In this document: one piece after another, positions 16,567 through 24,498 of the stretch
Layout of the letters: every line of letters begins with the position of its first letter
Numbering within the stretch: position 1 is the stretch's first letter
Assembly (NCBI GenBank): GCA_030680955.1
Contig: JAUXUB010000031.1
Location: 1-32,895 of the forward strand
Length of the DNA stretch: 32,895 nt
Direction: 5' to 3'
From: a bacterium
Lineage (GTDB): Bacteria > Patescibacteriota > Minisyncoccia > UBA6257 > JACOXY01
The notes under the pieces: generated by a model
The model's database searches: none
Seen by the model: only the letters and a program-made list of their open reading frames with translations
Told to the model about the DNA's origin: nothing
Position numbers and translations under genes: made by a program

Positions 16567-17166
16567 TTATAATTTGAATTCTACAATTGAACCAATATGA
16601 ATTCCGTTACGAAGTGCGGTTCCCGCGGGAATTTCCAATACATACTGGACCGGAGTTGGCGAAAAAACTGTCAGTGGTCCACCGCCAATTGAACGAAGCG
16701 AAGAGATACCCTTAACCTTATTATTTAAAATCCAAATAATATCCAATGATATTAAAGTATTTTCATTCCAAAAACTAACTTCAGAAATATCCTGAAAAAC
16801 AAAAATCATGCCTGTATTCGAATCAAGATGATCTCGATTCATAAGACCAATCTCTCTCTCCTCTGGTGTCGATGCTACCTCAACATTATATACTCGCTTA
16901 TCAATTATAACTTGAGAAAATTTAGATTTATTTGAATTTAGCGATAATTGTTCCAAAGAAGTTATGGGAACATTCTCTTTTTGCTCACTTATACCACTCA
17001 CGCTGCTTGTTGCTTCCGCATAATTATTATTTTCCTGAAATACATCCGGAGAAATACTGGGGTTAGAAACAGACGGTTGATTTGAAATAATTATTGAGTA
17101 AAAAAATAAAAAACTACCCAAAACAAGAGCAACAACGACTATTGATAAATATGCAAGTTTCCGCAT
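16567..17166 (-). CDS. DUF192 family protein with N-terminal membrane anchor
   Basis: VEVA.T...R..GLM, GMIFVF, FWNENT...LDIIW, YVLEIPAG. Confidence 0.88.
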   Translation of the reverse strand: MRKLAYLSIVVVALVLGSFLFFYSIIISNQPSVSNPSISPDVFQENNNYAEATSSVSGISEQKENVPITSLEQLSLNSNKSKFSQVIIDKRVYNVEVASTPEEREIGLMNRDHLDSNTGMIFVFQDISEVSFWNENTLISLDIIWILNNKVKGISSLRSIGGGPLTVFSPTPVQYVLEIPAGTALRNGIHIGSIVEFKL

Positions 17167-17173
17167 AAGTTAA

Positions 17174-17200
17174 ATATATCGTAACCGGGTTACGATATAT
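17174..17200. repeat. REP-like palindrome ATATATCGTAACC-G-GGTTACGATATAT
   Basis: Perfect 13-bp arms; opposite-orientation copy of 5094-5126. Confidence 0.85.
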
Positions 17201-17205
17201 GATAT

Positions 17206-18666
17206 TTAAGCATCCTGTCGTGTCATCAGCTCACGATACAATTTTGCGTATTGAATAATCGGTTTCTCCCAGCTAAAATCTTTTTCTAGCGCCAATTCTC
17301 TCATTCGTCCTAGACTCTCCTCATCTACAAAAACTGCAAGTGCGCGCTGCATAGTTTTAAGTAATGCTTTCTCATTTTTTTCCTCAAAAAGAAACCCAGT
17401 TTTGCCGTCTTCTATAGAATCACGTAATCCCCCTGTCGCCCTTGCTATAGGCAATGAGCCATAGCTCATCGCAATCATCTGCTTCGATCCAAATGGCTCG
17501 TGACTAGATGGCATTAAAATAAAATCAGAAGCGGCATATATTGCGCCGTCAAGTTTCTCGTCAGATCCTATTTGAACGAAAATATTTTGAGGATATCTCT
17601 TCGTGAGACTTAGAAGCGCTTCTTCAAAATGCTTTTCGCCAGTTCCAGAAAAAACGAATTGCGCGTCATACATTTCCACCATATAAGAAACAACCGGAAG
17701 CACCCATTGAATTCCCTTGTGTTCGTGCAGTGCTGATACCATTGCAAATATGGGATGCGAATTCCCCTGTTTTAAATTATGCTCCTCTTGGAATTTAAGT
17801 TTGTGTTCGTCTTTATCTTCAAACGAATCTAGATTTTCATAATTAAAGCCATGCAAAATCCCACGAGGCTGTTTTCTTCGCAAAAGAGCGTGAAGCCCAA
17901 AACCATGCTCCTTGCTTTGAATTTCTTGCGCATATGTAGACGAAGAGGTAGTAATTAAATCTGTATTTTCAATGCCTTCCCTTAAATAATTTTTACCATT
18001 ACCCATCCCCTGATCTGCAAGATTATGGACGGTAAACATAACCTTTGGTGGCATAATTTCACTTTTTGCCTGCATCACATTTACACCTTTTAATCCATTA
18101 GTTTTTTTTCTTTTCCTGTCTTTCTTTATTTGTTTTGCAACTTGCAATTTATAATTTGCTAGTTGAGCAACCAATGAACCAGTTTGCCAATCGTGAGCGT
18201 GAACTATGTCTGGTTCAAATGGAAGTAATTTTTCTTTTAAAAGCGTAAAAACAACGTCGGAGAAAAAAGCATATCGTTCAATTTCTTTTTTATGATTTGT
18301 TTTTACTCCAGAATTTTTAATCGTAAGACCTGCAATAGCTTTTTTTGTTAAATAAGAATCACCCGAACCAAGATATTTTTTATTTTCCACTAAATATATT
18401 GGCGTGGAACTTTCTGGCAAAATTCCACTCCAAAGCCCAACGCTAAAGGTATTTTTTTTAACTTTTAATCTCTTTTCTCGCCAAATTGGCTTTAAATTAT
18501 GTTTTTTTACTTCAATCGCCTTGTACAATGGAAGAATAACGCGCGCATCAATACCAAGCTCTTGAAGTTCCTTGGAAATACCACTAACGGCATCTCCGAG
18601 TTCGCCAGACTTTATAACAGGCGCGCATTCGGAAGCAACTAATAATACTTTTAGGTTCTTATTCAT
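17206..18666 (-). CDS. glgA: Glycogen synthase-like GT5 protein with degenerate catalytic motifs
   Basis: VASECAP..KSGELGD, HAHDWQT, FTVHNL, MPSSHEPFG, ATGGLRDS, FSW. Confidence 0.8.
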   Translation of the reverse strand: MNKNLKVLLVASECAPVIKSGELGDAVSGISKELQELGIDARVILPLYKAIEVKKHNLKPIWREKRLKVKKNTFSVGLWSGILPESSTPIYLVENKKYLGSGDSYLTKKAIAGLTIKNSGVKTNHKKEIERYAFFSDVVFTLLKEKLLPFEPDIVHAHDWQTGSLVAQLANYKLQVAKQIKKDRKRKKTNGLKGVNVMQAKSEIMPPKVMFTVHNLADQGMGNGKNYLREGIENTDLITTSSSTYAQEIQSKEHGFGLHALLRRKQPRGILHGFNYENLDSFEDKDEHKLKFQEEHNLKQGNSHPIFAMVSALHEHKGIQWVLPVVSYMVEMYDAQFVFSGTGEKHFEEALLSLTKRYPQNIFVQIGSDEKLDGAIYAASDFILMPSSHEPFGSKQMIAMSYGSLPIARATGGLRDSIEDGKTGFLFEEKNEKALLKTMQRALAVFVDEESLGRMRELALEKDFSWEKPIIQYAKLYRELMTRQDA

Positions 18667-18764
18667 AGTGCAATTTCAATAAATCAATAGATTTTTAATA
18701 ATTCCTAGAGCTCAACCTTATATTTATCCACGGGCCATAATCTTAAGTTACATTATAACCGACA

Positions 18765-19244
18765 TTATTTATTTCTCCAAATCAAACCAAAAGCTACAAT
18801 ACCAAAAGCTACAGCAACATTTAAAGATTCCTTTTTACCAGCCATCGGTATTTCTAAAATATTATCACATCTCTTCAAGATACTAGAAGACAATCCTTTT
18901 ATCTCATTTCCCAAAACCAAAGCTACTTTATCTAGCTTATAGCTTTTGGCTTTCAGATTATAGTAAAAAATTGATTGTTGATGTTGCTCAATTGCTAAAA
19001 TTTTATATTTTTCACATTTTAATTTTTTTAAAAGCGTACTCGACGATTTAACGTACTCCCATTCTACAGTTTTCTCCGCGCCTAATGAAACTTTTGTTAA
19101 TTGTGCACGTGGTCTACCTAACCTATCGTATGGTGTTGAAGTAATACCAGTTAAATATATTTTTTTAATTCCAGCGGCATCCGCCGTTCGGAAGATTGAG
19201 CCAACATTATGAAGACTTCTTATGTTATGTAATATTATAATCAT
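18765..19244 (-). CDS. TrmH/SpoU-family RNA methyltransferase
   Basis: NVGSIFRTADA, LGNE..GL, IPM.G..ESLNVAVA. Confidence 0.92.
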   Translation of the reverse strand: MIIILHNIRSLHNVGSIFRTADAAGIKKIYLTGITSTPYDRLGRPRAQLTKVSLGAEKTVEWEYVKSSSTLLKKLKCEKYKILAIEQHQQSIFYYNLKAKSYKLDKVALVLGNEIKGLSSSILKRCDNILEIPMAGKKESLNVAVAFGIVAFGLIWRNK

Positions 19245-19266
19245 AAATAAATTCTTAATTTTTAAT

Positions 19267-19426
19267 TAGACCTTTTGCATAATTAAATTCGTTACGAGAT
19301 TTTCAAATTTGAGGCGAGACGAAGTGAAAATTTTGAAGCATATACAAAGTATACGTTGATAAATTTTCACAAAGTCGTAGTCCAAATTTGGAAATTGCAG
19401 TAGAATATAATTATGCAAAAGGTCTA
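19267..19426. mobile_element. 160-bp MITE with perfect 19-bp terminal inverted repeats
   Basis: TAGACCTTTTGCATAATTA (19267-19285) and TAATTATGCAAAAGGTCTA (19408-19426); internal nested inverted repeats. Confidence 0.85.
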
Positions 19427-20034
19427 TCATACCGAGGAAATTTTTCACTTTTACCACTGCGCTTAACTTCTGCGCGTGCCATGGCAAATAATAAACTAGA
19501 AAGTCGATTCATATAAGAGAGAATTTCTGGGGCTAGTTCATATTTTTTAGAAAATGTAACAACGCTTCTCTCAGCACGACGGCAAATCGCACGTGCAAAA
19601 TCTAGCCAACCAGCGGACGGCACTCCACCAGGGACAACAAAACTTCGAGCCGGGTTTACCTCCGCTTCTAACTTATCAATCAGATTCTCAATTGTCGTAA
19701 CTTTACCACTTCCTAAACTAGGAGCTTTATTTTTTTCATCTTCTAAAGATTTCGCTTCACCTGGTATGCAAAAAAGCGCATTCGCAACATTAGCTTGCAC
19801 AATAAATAATGCCTCTTGAACATCCTGAAGCGCCATAACAAAATCAGATGAAACGCCTTGGTGTCTAATAAGACCAATTAAACTATTTAATTCATCTAAA
19901 TTGCCAAGTGCTTCAGAAATTACCGAATCCTTAACAAGAATTTTTTTCTTGGCTGGCTCTAGAGGATCATTCGGATTTAGTGAATTTATTATGCTTTCTC
20001 CTTTGTCCCCTTTTCCTGTATAAAATAATCCCAT
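19411..20034 (-). CDS. PduO-type ATP:cob(I)alamin adenosyltransferase
   Basis: YTGKGDKG, GNLDELNS, ARAICRRAER, YMNRLSSLLF. Confidence 0.88.
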   Translation of the reverse strand: MGLFYTGKGDKGESIINSLNPNDPLEPAKKKILVKDSVISEALGNLDELNSLIGLIRHQGVSSDFVMALQDVQEALFIVQANVANALFCIPGEAKSLEDEKNKAPSLGSGKVTTIENLIDKLEAEVNPARSFVVPGGVPSAGWLDFARAICRRAERSVVTFSKKYELAPEILSYMNRLSSLLFAMARAEVKRSGKSEKFPRYDRPFA

Positions 20035-20063
20035 AATAAAACCTTAATATAAAAGGTCTTTTA

Positions 20064-20219
20064 ATACCATCCTAAATTAACCACTTCCTATAAGACTTTT
20101 GTCATTGCGAGGGCGAAGCCCACGGCAATCCAAGAAATAACGGGATAAACATGGATTGCTTCGTCGTTCCTCCTCGCAAAGACGAGGTTAAAAGAGTAGT
20201 GGTTAATTGGGGATGGTAT
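20064..20219. mobile_element. MITE-like element with 22-bp terminal inverted repeats carrying an internal palindromic repeat
   Basis: ATACCATCCTAAATTAACCACT...AGTGGTTAATTGGGGATGGTAT (2 mismatches); inner GTCATTGCGAG...GCAATCCA...TGGATTGC...CTCGCAAAGAC at 20101-20183. Confidence 0.8.
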
Positions 20220-20268
20220 AACTATATCAAAAAATTAGGATCACAACATTAGACCCCTCACTAATACG

Positions 20269-20312
20269 ATTTTACTTGTCAGTCAGACGATCGTCCAACT
20301 AACAAGTAAAAT
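20269..20312. repeat. Imperfect palindrome ATTTTACTTGT...GACGATCGTC...ACAAGTAAAAT
   Basis: 11-bp perfect outer arms and a self-complementary core. Confidence 0.6.
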
Positions 20313-20376
20313 GAAATATTAAAACAAATTTTAAAGATTCTATTATATTAAAAAGGGTTGGTAATAAAAAACCGCG

Positions 20377-20745
20377 TTAGTCACGCGGATTAGGATGCAA
20401 TGCATTCATTAGTTTACAATGACTTTCTGTTGGCTTTTTATCAGCTCCACATCTTTCGCATGTGTAAAGACTACTGTCATAAAAAGCCCTTAAAATTGAA
20501 TCAATATTTTGATCACTCCAATTATCATCATGATATTCTACGTCAATTACTAGTCCACCAAACTTTTCCCTAATTCCTATCACTTTAAGTTCATTAACTT
20601 TTACAGTCAGAGTAAGCCGACGACCCAAACCTTCAACAATATTAAACCATCCATCTTCGCAATCGAAACCAGTACTAAATCGCTCGTGATTTCTATCAAA
20701 AATCGGGTATGTTTTAAAGAGGTATTCTTCCTTTTCTGGCGTCAT
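20377..20745 (-). CDS. Hypothetical protein with C-terminal CxxC motif
   Basis: GFDCEDGW...REKFGGL...TCERCG; AGGGAG SD upstream. Confidence 0.75.
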   Translation of the reverse strand: MTPEKEEYLFKTYPIFDRNHERFSTGFDCEDGWFNIVEGLGRRLTLTVKVNELKVIGIREKFGGLVIDVEYHDDNWSDQNIDSILRAFYDSSLYTCERCGADKKPTESHCKLMNALHPNPRD

Positions 20746-20757
20746 TTTTTCTCCCTT

Positions 20758-20850
20758 GGTTCGCCATAGCTTTCTTAACCTTCGAAGCCTTGGCCTCCTT
20801 CGTCGAAGTGACTACGAAGGCCGAGCGCGAAGGAGGTAGCGAGGGCAACC
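20758..20850. repeat. Three nested copies of the CCTTCG/CGAAGGAGG palindromic element
   Basis: Outer 20758-20773 plus 20837-20850, middle 20779-20793 plus 20826-20836, inner 20792-20822. Confidence 0.6.
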
Positions 20851-20938
20851 TATATAGTACAAAAACTATTGACATAATAGCATGAGATTTAACCAAAGTC
20901 AATAAATAAATTTGGTTAAATAAATGACTTTATTTTAT

Positions 20939-20966
20939 TTGACATTTGCTGGTTTTAGTATATAAT
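20939..20966 (+). promoter_or_regulatory. Consensus sigma70 promoter for the rlpA-like gene
   Basis: TTGACA-16 nt-TATAAT; SD AAGGAGG at 21001-21007. Confidence 0.8.
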
Positions 20967-21013
20967 GTACCCAGTTTCAATTAGTAAAATAAGGAGAATA
21001 AAGGAGGCACGCC

Positions 21014-21631
21014 ATGTGGTGGATGGTAATTTGCCTAATTGCAGCATTCTTCATGATGAATGCTGGATCAGACCCATCTCAATCTTCAAGACTCGGCACT
21101 GCGCCAAAATCAATTGTCGCAGAAGACACCTTTCCCACGGATGGGAAAAGGTACAAGCCAGATCAAGGAAGATCGACCACACGGCCGCCGCTACGAAATA
21201 ACAACCCCCCCGACCGCAAAACCAGAGTTGCAGACTGGTATGATGTAAATCCAGAATATGCTCCGAGGAATTTTCGCAGGCAAAGACAAAAACTAATTCC
21301 TCAACGTGTAGTAATAGACAAAGCCAAGCCCTTTAAAGTGGAGGGTTGGGCACTTGCTAGCTGGTATGGTCCAGGTTTTGAAGGCAAGCCTACTGCTTGG
21401 GGCAAGCCATTCAAAAAATGGGACGAAACAATCGTAGCTCATAAGTCACTACCACGAGGAACAAAACTACGATTGACATATCCGAAAACTGGAAAAACTA
21501 TCGATGTGACGGTTGCAGACCGTGGGCCATACTGGGAAGATCGCGAAATAGATCTCTCACAAGGTGCCGCTTTTGCTCTCGGCATGCTTGATAGTGGTGT
21601 CGCTTGGCTTCGCGTTGAGCGACTATCATGA
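21014..21631 (+). CDS. RlpA-family lytic transglycosylase (double-psi beta-barrel)
   Basis: Hydrophobic N-terminus; ASWYG, AHKSLPRGT, DRGPY, IDLSQGAA. Confidence 0.88.
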   Translation: MWWMVICLIAAFFMMNAGSDPSQSSRLGTAPKSIVAEDTFPTDGKRYKPDQGRSTTRPPLRNNNPPDRKTRVADWYDVNPEYAPRNFRRQRQKLIPQRVVIDKAKPFKVEGWALASWYGPGFEGKPTAWGKPFKKWDETIVAHKSLPRGTKLRLTYPKTGKTIDVTVADRGPYWEDREIDLSQGAAFALGMLDSGVAWLRVERLS

Positions 21632-21663
21632 CACACAAATTCTCCCGCCTATTTTTACGAATC

Positions 21664-21695
21664 CCCCAGCGTGCAATGCGCTGGGGTAATTTTTT
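21664..21695 (+). terminator. Probable intrinsic terminator
   Basis: CCCCAGCG-TGCAATG-CGCTGGGG followed by TAATTTTTT. Confidence 0.6.
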
Positions 21696-21779
21696 ATCTT
21701 ACCAAATTTAATTAAAATTATTATCGCTGCGGTCTTCGAATTCCTCACGCAAGCATAGCAGTATGCTTGCTCTCGTACG

Positions 21780-21802
21780 TGGTGCGCTCGGAGGGATTGA
21801 AC
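21780..21802 (-). repeat. Duplicate of the tRNA-Arg 3' end (att-like)
   Basis: GTTC-AATCCCTCCGAGCGCACCA matches the tRNA T-arm and acceptor with one deletion and ends in CCA. Confidence 0.85.
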
Positions 21803-21960
21803 GCGCTCTTTGCCGACTGGCAAATCGCTTCACGAAACCCACGGTTTCGTGAACTTCCTACTCGGGAGACCAAATGTTCTCCCGACCCCTCTCCAGTTCG
21901 AACCCCTTCTCGACGCCATACAAAACTAAAACGCCAATAAAGATTGTCTAGTTTTGTATG

Positions 21961-22032
21961 TGCGCTCGGAGGGATTCGAACCCCCAAATTCAGCTTCGAA
22001 GGCTGACGTGATATCCATTTCACCACGAGCGC
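21961..22032 (-). tRNA. tRNA-Arg(TCG)
   Basis: Cloverleaf: GCGCTCG/CGAGCGC acceptor, GTGA/TCAC D stem, TCAGC-CTTCGAA-GCTGA anticodon arm, TTCGAAT T loop; CCA not encoded. Confidence 0.95.
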
Positions 22033-22067
22033 TTATAACCCTACCAACATAATAAAACCAAAATAAC

Positions 22068-22096
22068 TGGACTAGGTCAATGGTTTTTGATATAAT
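22068..22096 (+). promoter_or_regulatory. sigma70 promoter for tRNA-Lys (possibly also recG)
   Basis: TGGACT-17 nt-TATAAT. Confidence 0.6.
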
Positions 22097-22115
22097 AACC
22101 GCACAAAATAATATT

Positions 22116-22186
22116 GCCCTCATAGCTTAATGGTAAAGCACCCGCCTCTTAAGCGGAGTATCTAAGTCCGATTCTTAGTGGGGGCA
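22116..22186 (+). tRNA. tRNA-Lys(CTT)
   Basis: GCCCTCA/TGGGGGC acceptor, GCTT/AAGC D stem, CCGC-CTCTTAA-GCGG anticodon arm, CTAAG-TCCGATT-CTTAG T arm. Confidence 0.88.
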
Positions 22187-22276
22187 CAATATTTCTAGTT
22201 CAATGAGTAAGCATTAAAAATCGTAAATCCTTTAATGATTTAATAGATCAGCCCTCAATAAGCCTTGGATAAATTT

Positions 22277-24448
22277 ATGCTTAAACTTACAACACCTCTT
22301 TCGGAAATAAGCGGTATTCCCGATAAGTTTTTGAAACGTCTAGCTAAACTCGGTATAAAAACAGCCAAGGATCTTTTGTGGCACTTCCCAACTAGATACG
22401 AAGATTTTTCAAAAATATATTCAATAGACGAACTTATTCCAGGCCAACAAGCAACTATTCAAGGTCAAATAGAAAAAGTTAGTATAAGACGAACGTGGAA
22501 GCGTCAAATGTTAATTGCAGAGGCACATATTGCAGACCAAACCGGAGTTATTCGTGCTGTCTGGTTTAATCAACCATATATTGCTAACACTTTGCGACGA
22601 GGAATGCTTGCAAACTTTGCCGGTAAAGTTCAAGAAGATGATGGCGAACTATATCTTTCAAGTCCAGCATACGAGCGCGTTCGCAATGCCGAACCAAATC
22701 ACACAGCTCGGTTAGTCCCGATTTATCCCGAGACAAAAGGATTAACATCAAAAGGTCTTAGATTTTTAATTAAACCTCTATTAAAACAAGCAGAGCAAAT
22801 AGCTGAATGGATTCCCGATTATATATTAGAATCGCAAAATATTCCCAAAATAAACGAAGCAATCGCCAATATTCATTTTCCTAACGAAATTGAAGATGCG
22901 CTTAGCGCCAAAAAAAGATTTGCATTTGAAGAACTTTTTTTAATGCAGCTTTTTAATTTAAAGGAAAGAGAAGCTCTTGCTAAAGAAAAAGCTCCAGTTT
23001 TTCAATTGACCATTGAAGAACTTAATTTAATAACAGAAAAATTACCTTTTGCATTAACGGGAGCTCAAAACAATGCGCTCACAGAAATATTAGCAGATCT
23101 TACAAAAGGCGCTCCGATGAATAGGCTCCTGCAAGGCGACGTGGGCTCTGGGAAAACAGTAATCGCGGCTATTGCCTCTCTTGCTGCGGCGAAGAACGGA
23201 TATCAAGCAGTATTTATGGCACCAACTGAAGTTTTAGCAGGACAACACTTCACTACACTGCAAAAACTTTTTGCTCCCCTTTCCCAAAAAGTTAGCCTAG
23301 CATTAATAACCGGAAGTGGCGCAAAAATGTTTTTTGAAAATAATTTATCTACTGACACAACAAAGAAAAATGCAAAACTGGCAGTTGAGCGAGGAGAAAT
23401 TAATATTGTAGTTGGCACACACACACTGATTCAAAAAGATATAAAATTTACAAATTTAGGCTTGGTGGTAATAGATGAACAACATAGATTTGGCGTAAGG
23501 CAACGAGCTGAACTTTTAACTCAAAGTAAAGAGGTGGGTTTTATCCCGCATCTGCTTTCAATGAGCGCGACACCAATACCAAGAACTTTAACCCTAACAA
23601 TCTTTGGAGATTTAGATCTCTCTATCATTAACGAAATGCCAACTGGCAGAAAACCAATTCTCACAAAAATCGTCTCCCCTTCAAATCGCGACAAAGCATA
23701 TGCATTTATAAGAGGTCAAGTAAAAAACGGAAAACAAGTATTTGTAATCTGCCCTCGTATTGAGACAACCGATGACTCACAACAAACAACTGACAACAAA
23801 AACGATGGAACACCAGAGTCGTCGGTTGTTGGTCGTAGGTTATTAGTTAACTCTTGGGCTGACGTTAAAAACGTAACCGAAGAATACGAAAAACTTTCTA
23901 AAAAAGTGTTTCCTGATCTTAGAGTAGAAATGCTCCATGGCAAGCTACCAGCAAAAGATAAAATTGAAGTTATGAGAAAATTTCAAAATCGCGAATTTGA
24001 TATTTTGGTTTCAACTTCCGTTATAGAAGTAGGCGTAGATGTACCCAACGCAACAATTATGATGATTGAGTCGGCCGACAGATTTGGACTTGCTCAACTT
24101 TATCAATTTAGAGGCCGGGTTGGTAGGGGCGAGCATCAATCTTTTTGTTTTCTTTTTACCGATTCATCATCTAAATCTACCGAAAATAGATTAAAAGCTT
24201 TAATTGAGGCAAAAAATGGATTTGAACTTGCAGAGATGGATCTAAAACTTCGTGGTCCAGGAGAATTTTTAGGTTCAAGCCAAACTGGAATGCCAGATAT
24301 AGCAATGCGTGCGCTTCAAAATATGGAATTAATAAAGGAAGGTAGAGCGGCAGCAGAAGCAGTACTTGCAAAAAGTTCAGACTTAAAAAAATATCCCTCA
24401 CTTGCCGCAAAAGTATCGGAATTCAAAGCACTAATCCATTTCGAGTAA
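22277..24448 (+). CDS. recG: ATP-dependent DNA helicase RecG
   Basis: HFPTRYED, QGDVGSGKT, DEQH, MSATPIPRT, QFRGRVGRG, DLKLRGPGE. Confidence 0.97.
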   Translation: MLKLTTPLSEISGIPDKFLKRLAKLGIKTAKDLLWHFPTRYEDFSKIYSIDELIPGQQATIQGQIEKVSIRRTWKRQMLIAEAHIADQTGVIRAVWFNQPYIANTLRRGMLANFAGKVQEDDGELYLSSPAYERVRNAEPNHTARLVPIYPETKGLTSKGLRFLIKPLLKQAEQIAEWIPDYILESQNIPKINEAIANIHFPNEIEDALSAKKRFAFEELFLMQLFNLKEREALAKEKAPVFQLTIEELNLITEKLPFALTGAQNNALTEILADLTKGAPMNRLLQGDVGSGKTVIAAIASLAAAKNGYQAVFMAPTEVLAGQHFTTLQKLFAPLSQKVSLALITGSGAKMFFENNLSTDTTKKNAKLAVERGEINIVVGTHTLIQKDIKFTNLGLVVIDEQHRFGVRQRAELLTQSKEVGFIPHLLSMSATPIPRTLTLTIFGDLDLSIINEMPTGRKPILTKIVSPSNRDKAYAFIRGQVKNGKQVFVICPRIETTDDSQQTTDNKNDGTPESSVVGRRLLVNSWADVKNVTEEYEKLSKKVFPDLRVEMLHGKLPAKDKIEVMRKFQNREFDILVSTSVIEVGVDVPNATIMMIESADRFGLAQLYQFRGRVGRGEHQSFCFLFTDSSSKSTENRLKALIEAKNGFELAEMDLKLRGPGEFLGSSQTGMPDIAMRALQNMELIKEGRAAAEAVLAKSSDLKKYPSLAAKVSEFKALIHFE
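23764..23852. repeat. Inverted heptamer arrays in-frame in recG
   Basis: gacaacc gatgact cacaaca aacaact gacaaca ... gtcgtcg gttgttg gtcgtag gttatta gttaact. Confidence 0.75.
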
Positions 24449-24449
24449 T

Positions 24450-24480
24450 CAATATTCGGACTTGCGAAGTCCGAATATTG
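24450..24480. repeat. REP palindrome CAATATTCGGACTT-GCG-AAGTCCGAATATTG (left of transposase)
   Basis: 14-bp perfect arms; identical to 25214-25244. Confidence 0.93.
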
Positions 24481-24498
24481 TGATAACTTATTTATATT

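Noticed and set aside
19266-19487. 73-aa ORF as a transposase remnant
   Set aside because: It runs through the MITE and the PduO end with no transposase motif.
20714-20902. 62-aa ORF
   Set aside because: It is mostly a translation of the nested palindromes and overlaps a better-supported gene.
21626-22123. ORFs 21626-21823, 21745-22026 and 21926-22123
   Set aside because: They overlap tRNA-Arg and its repeat structures.
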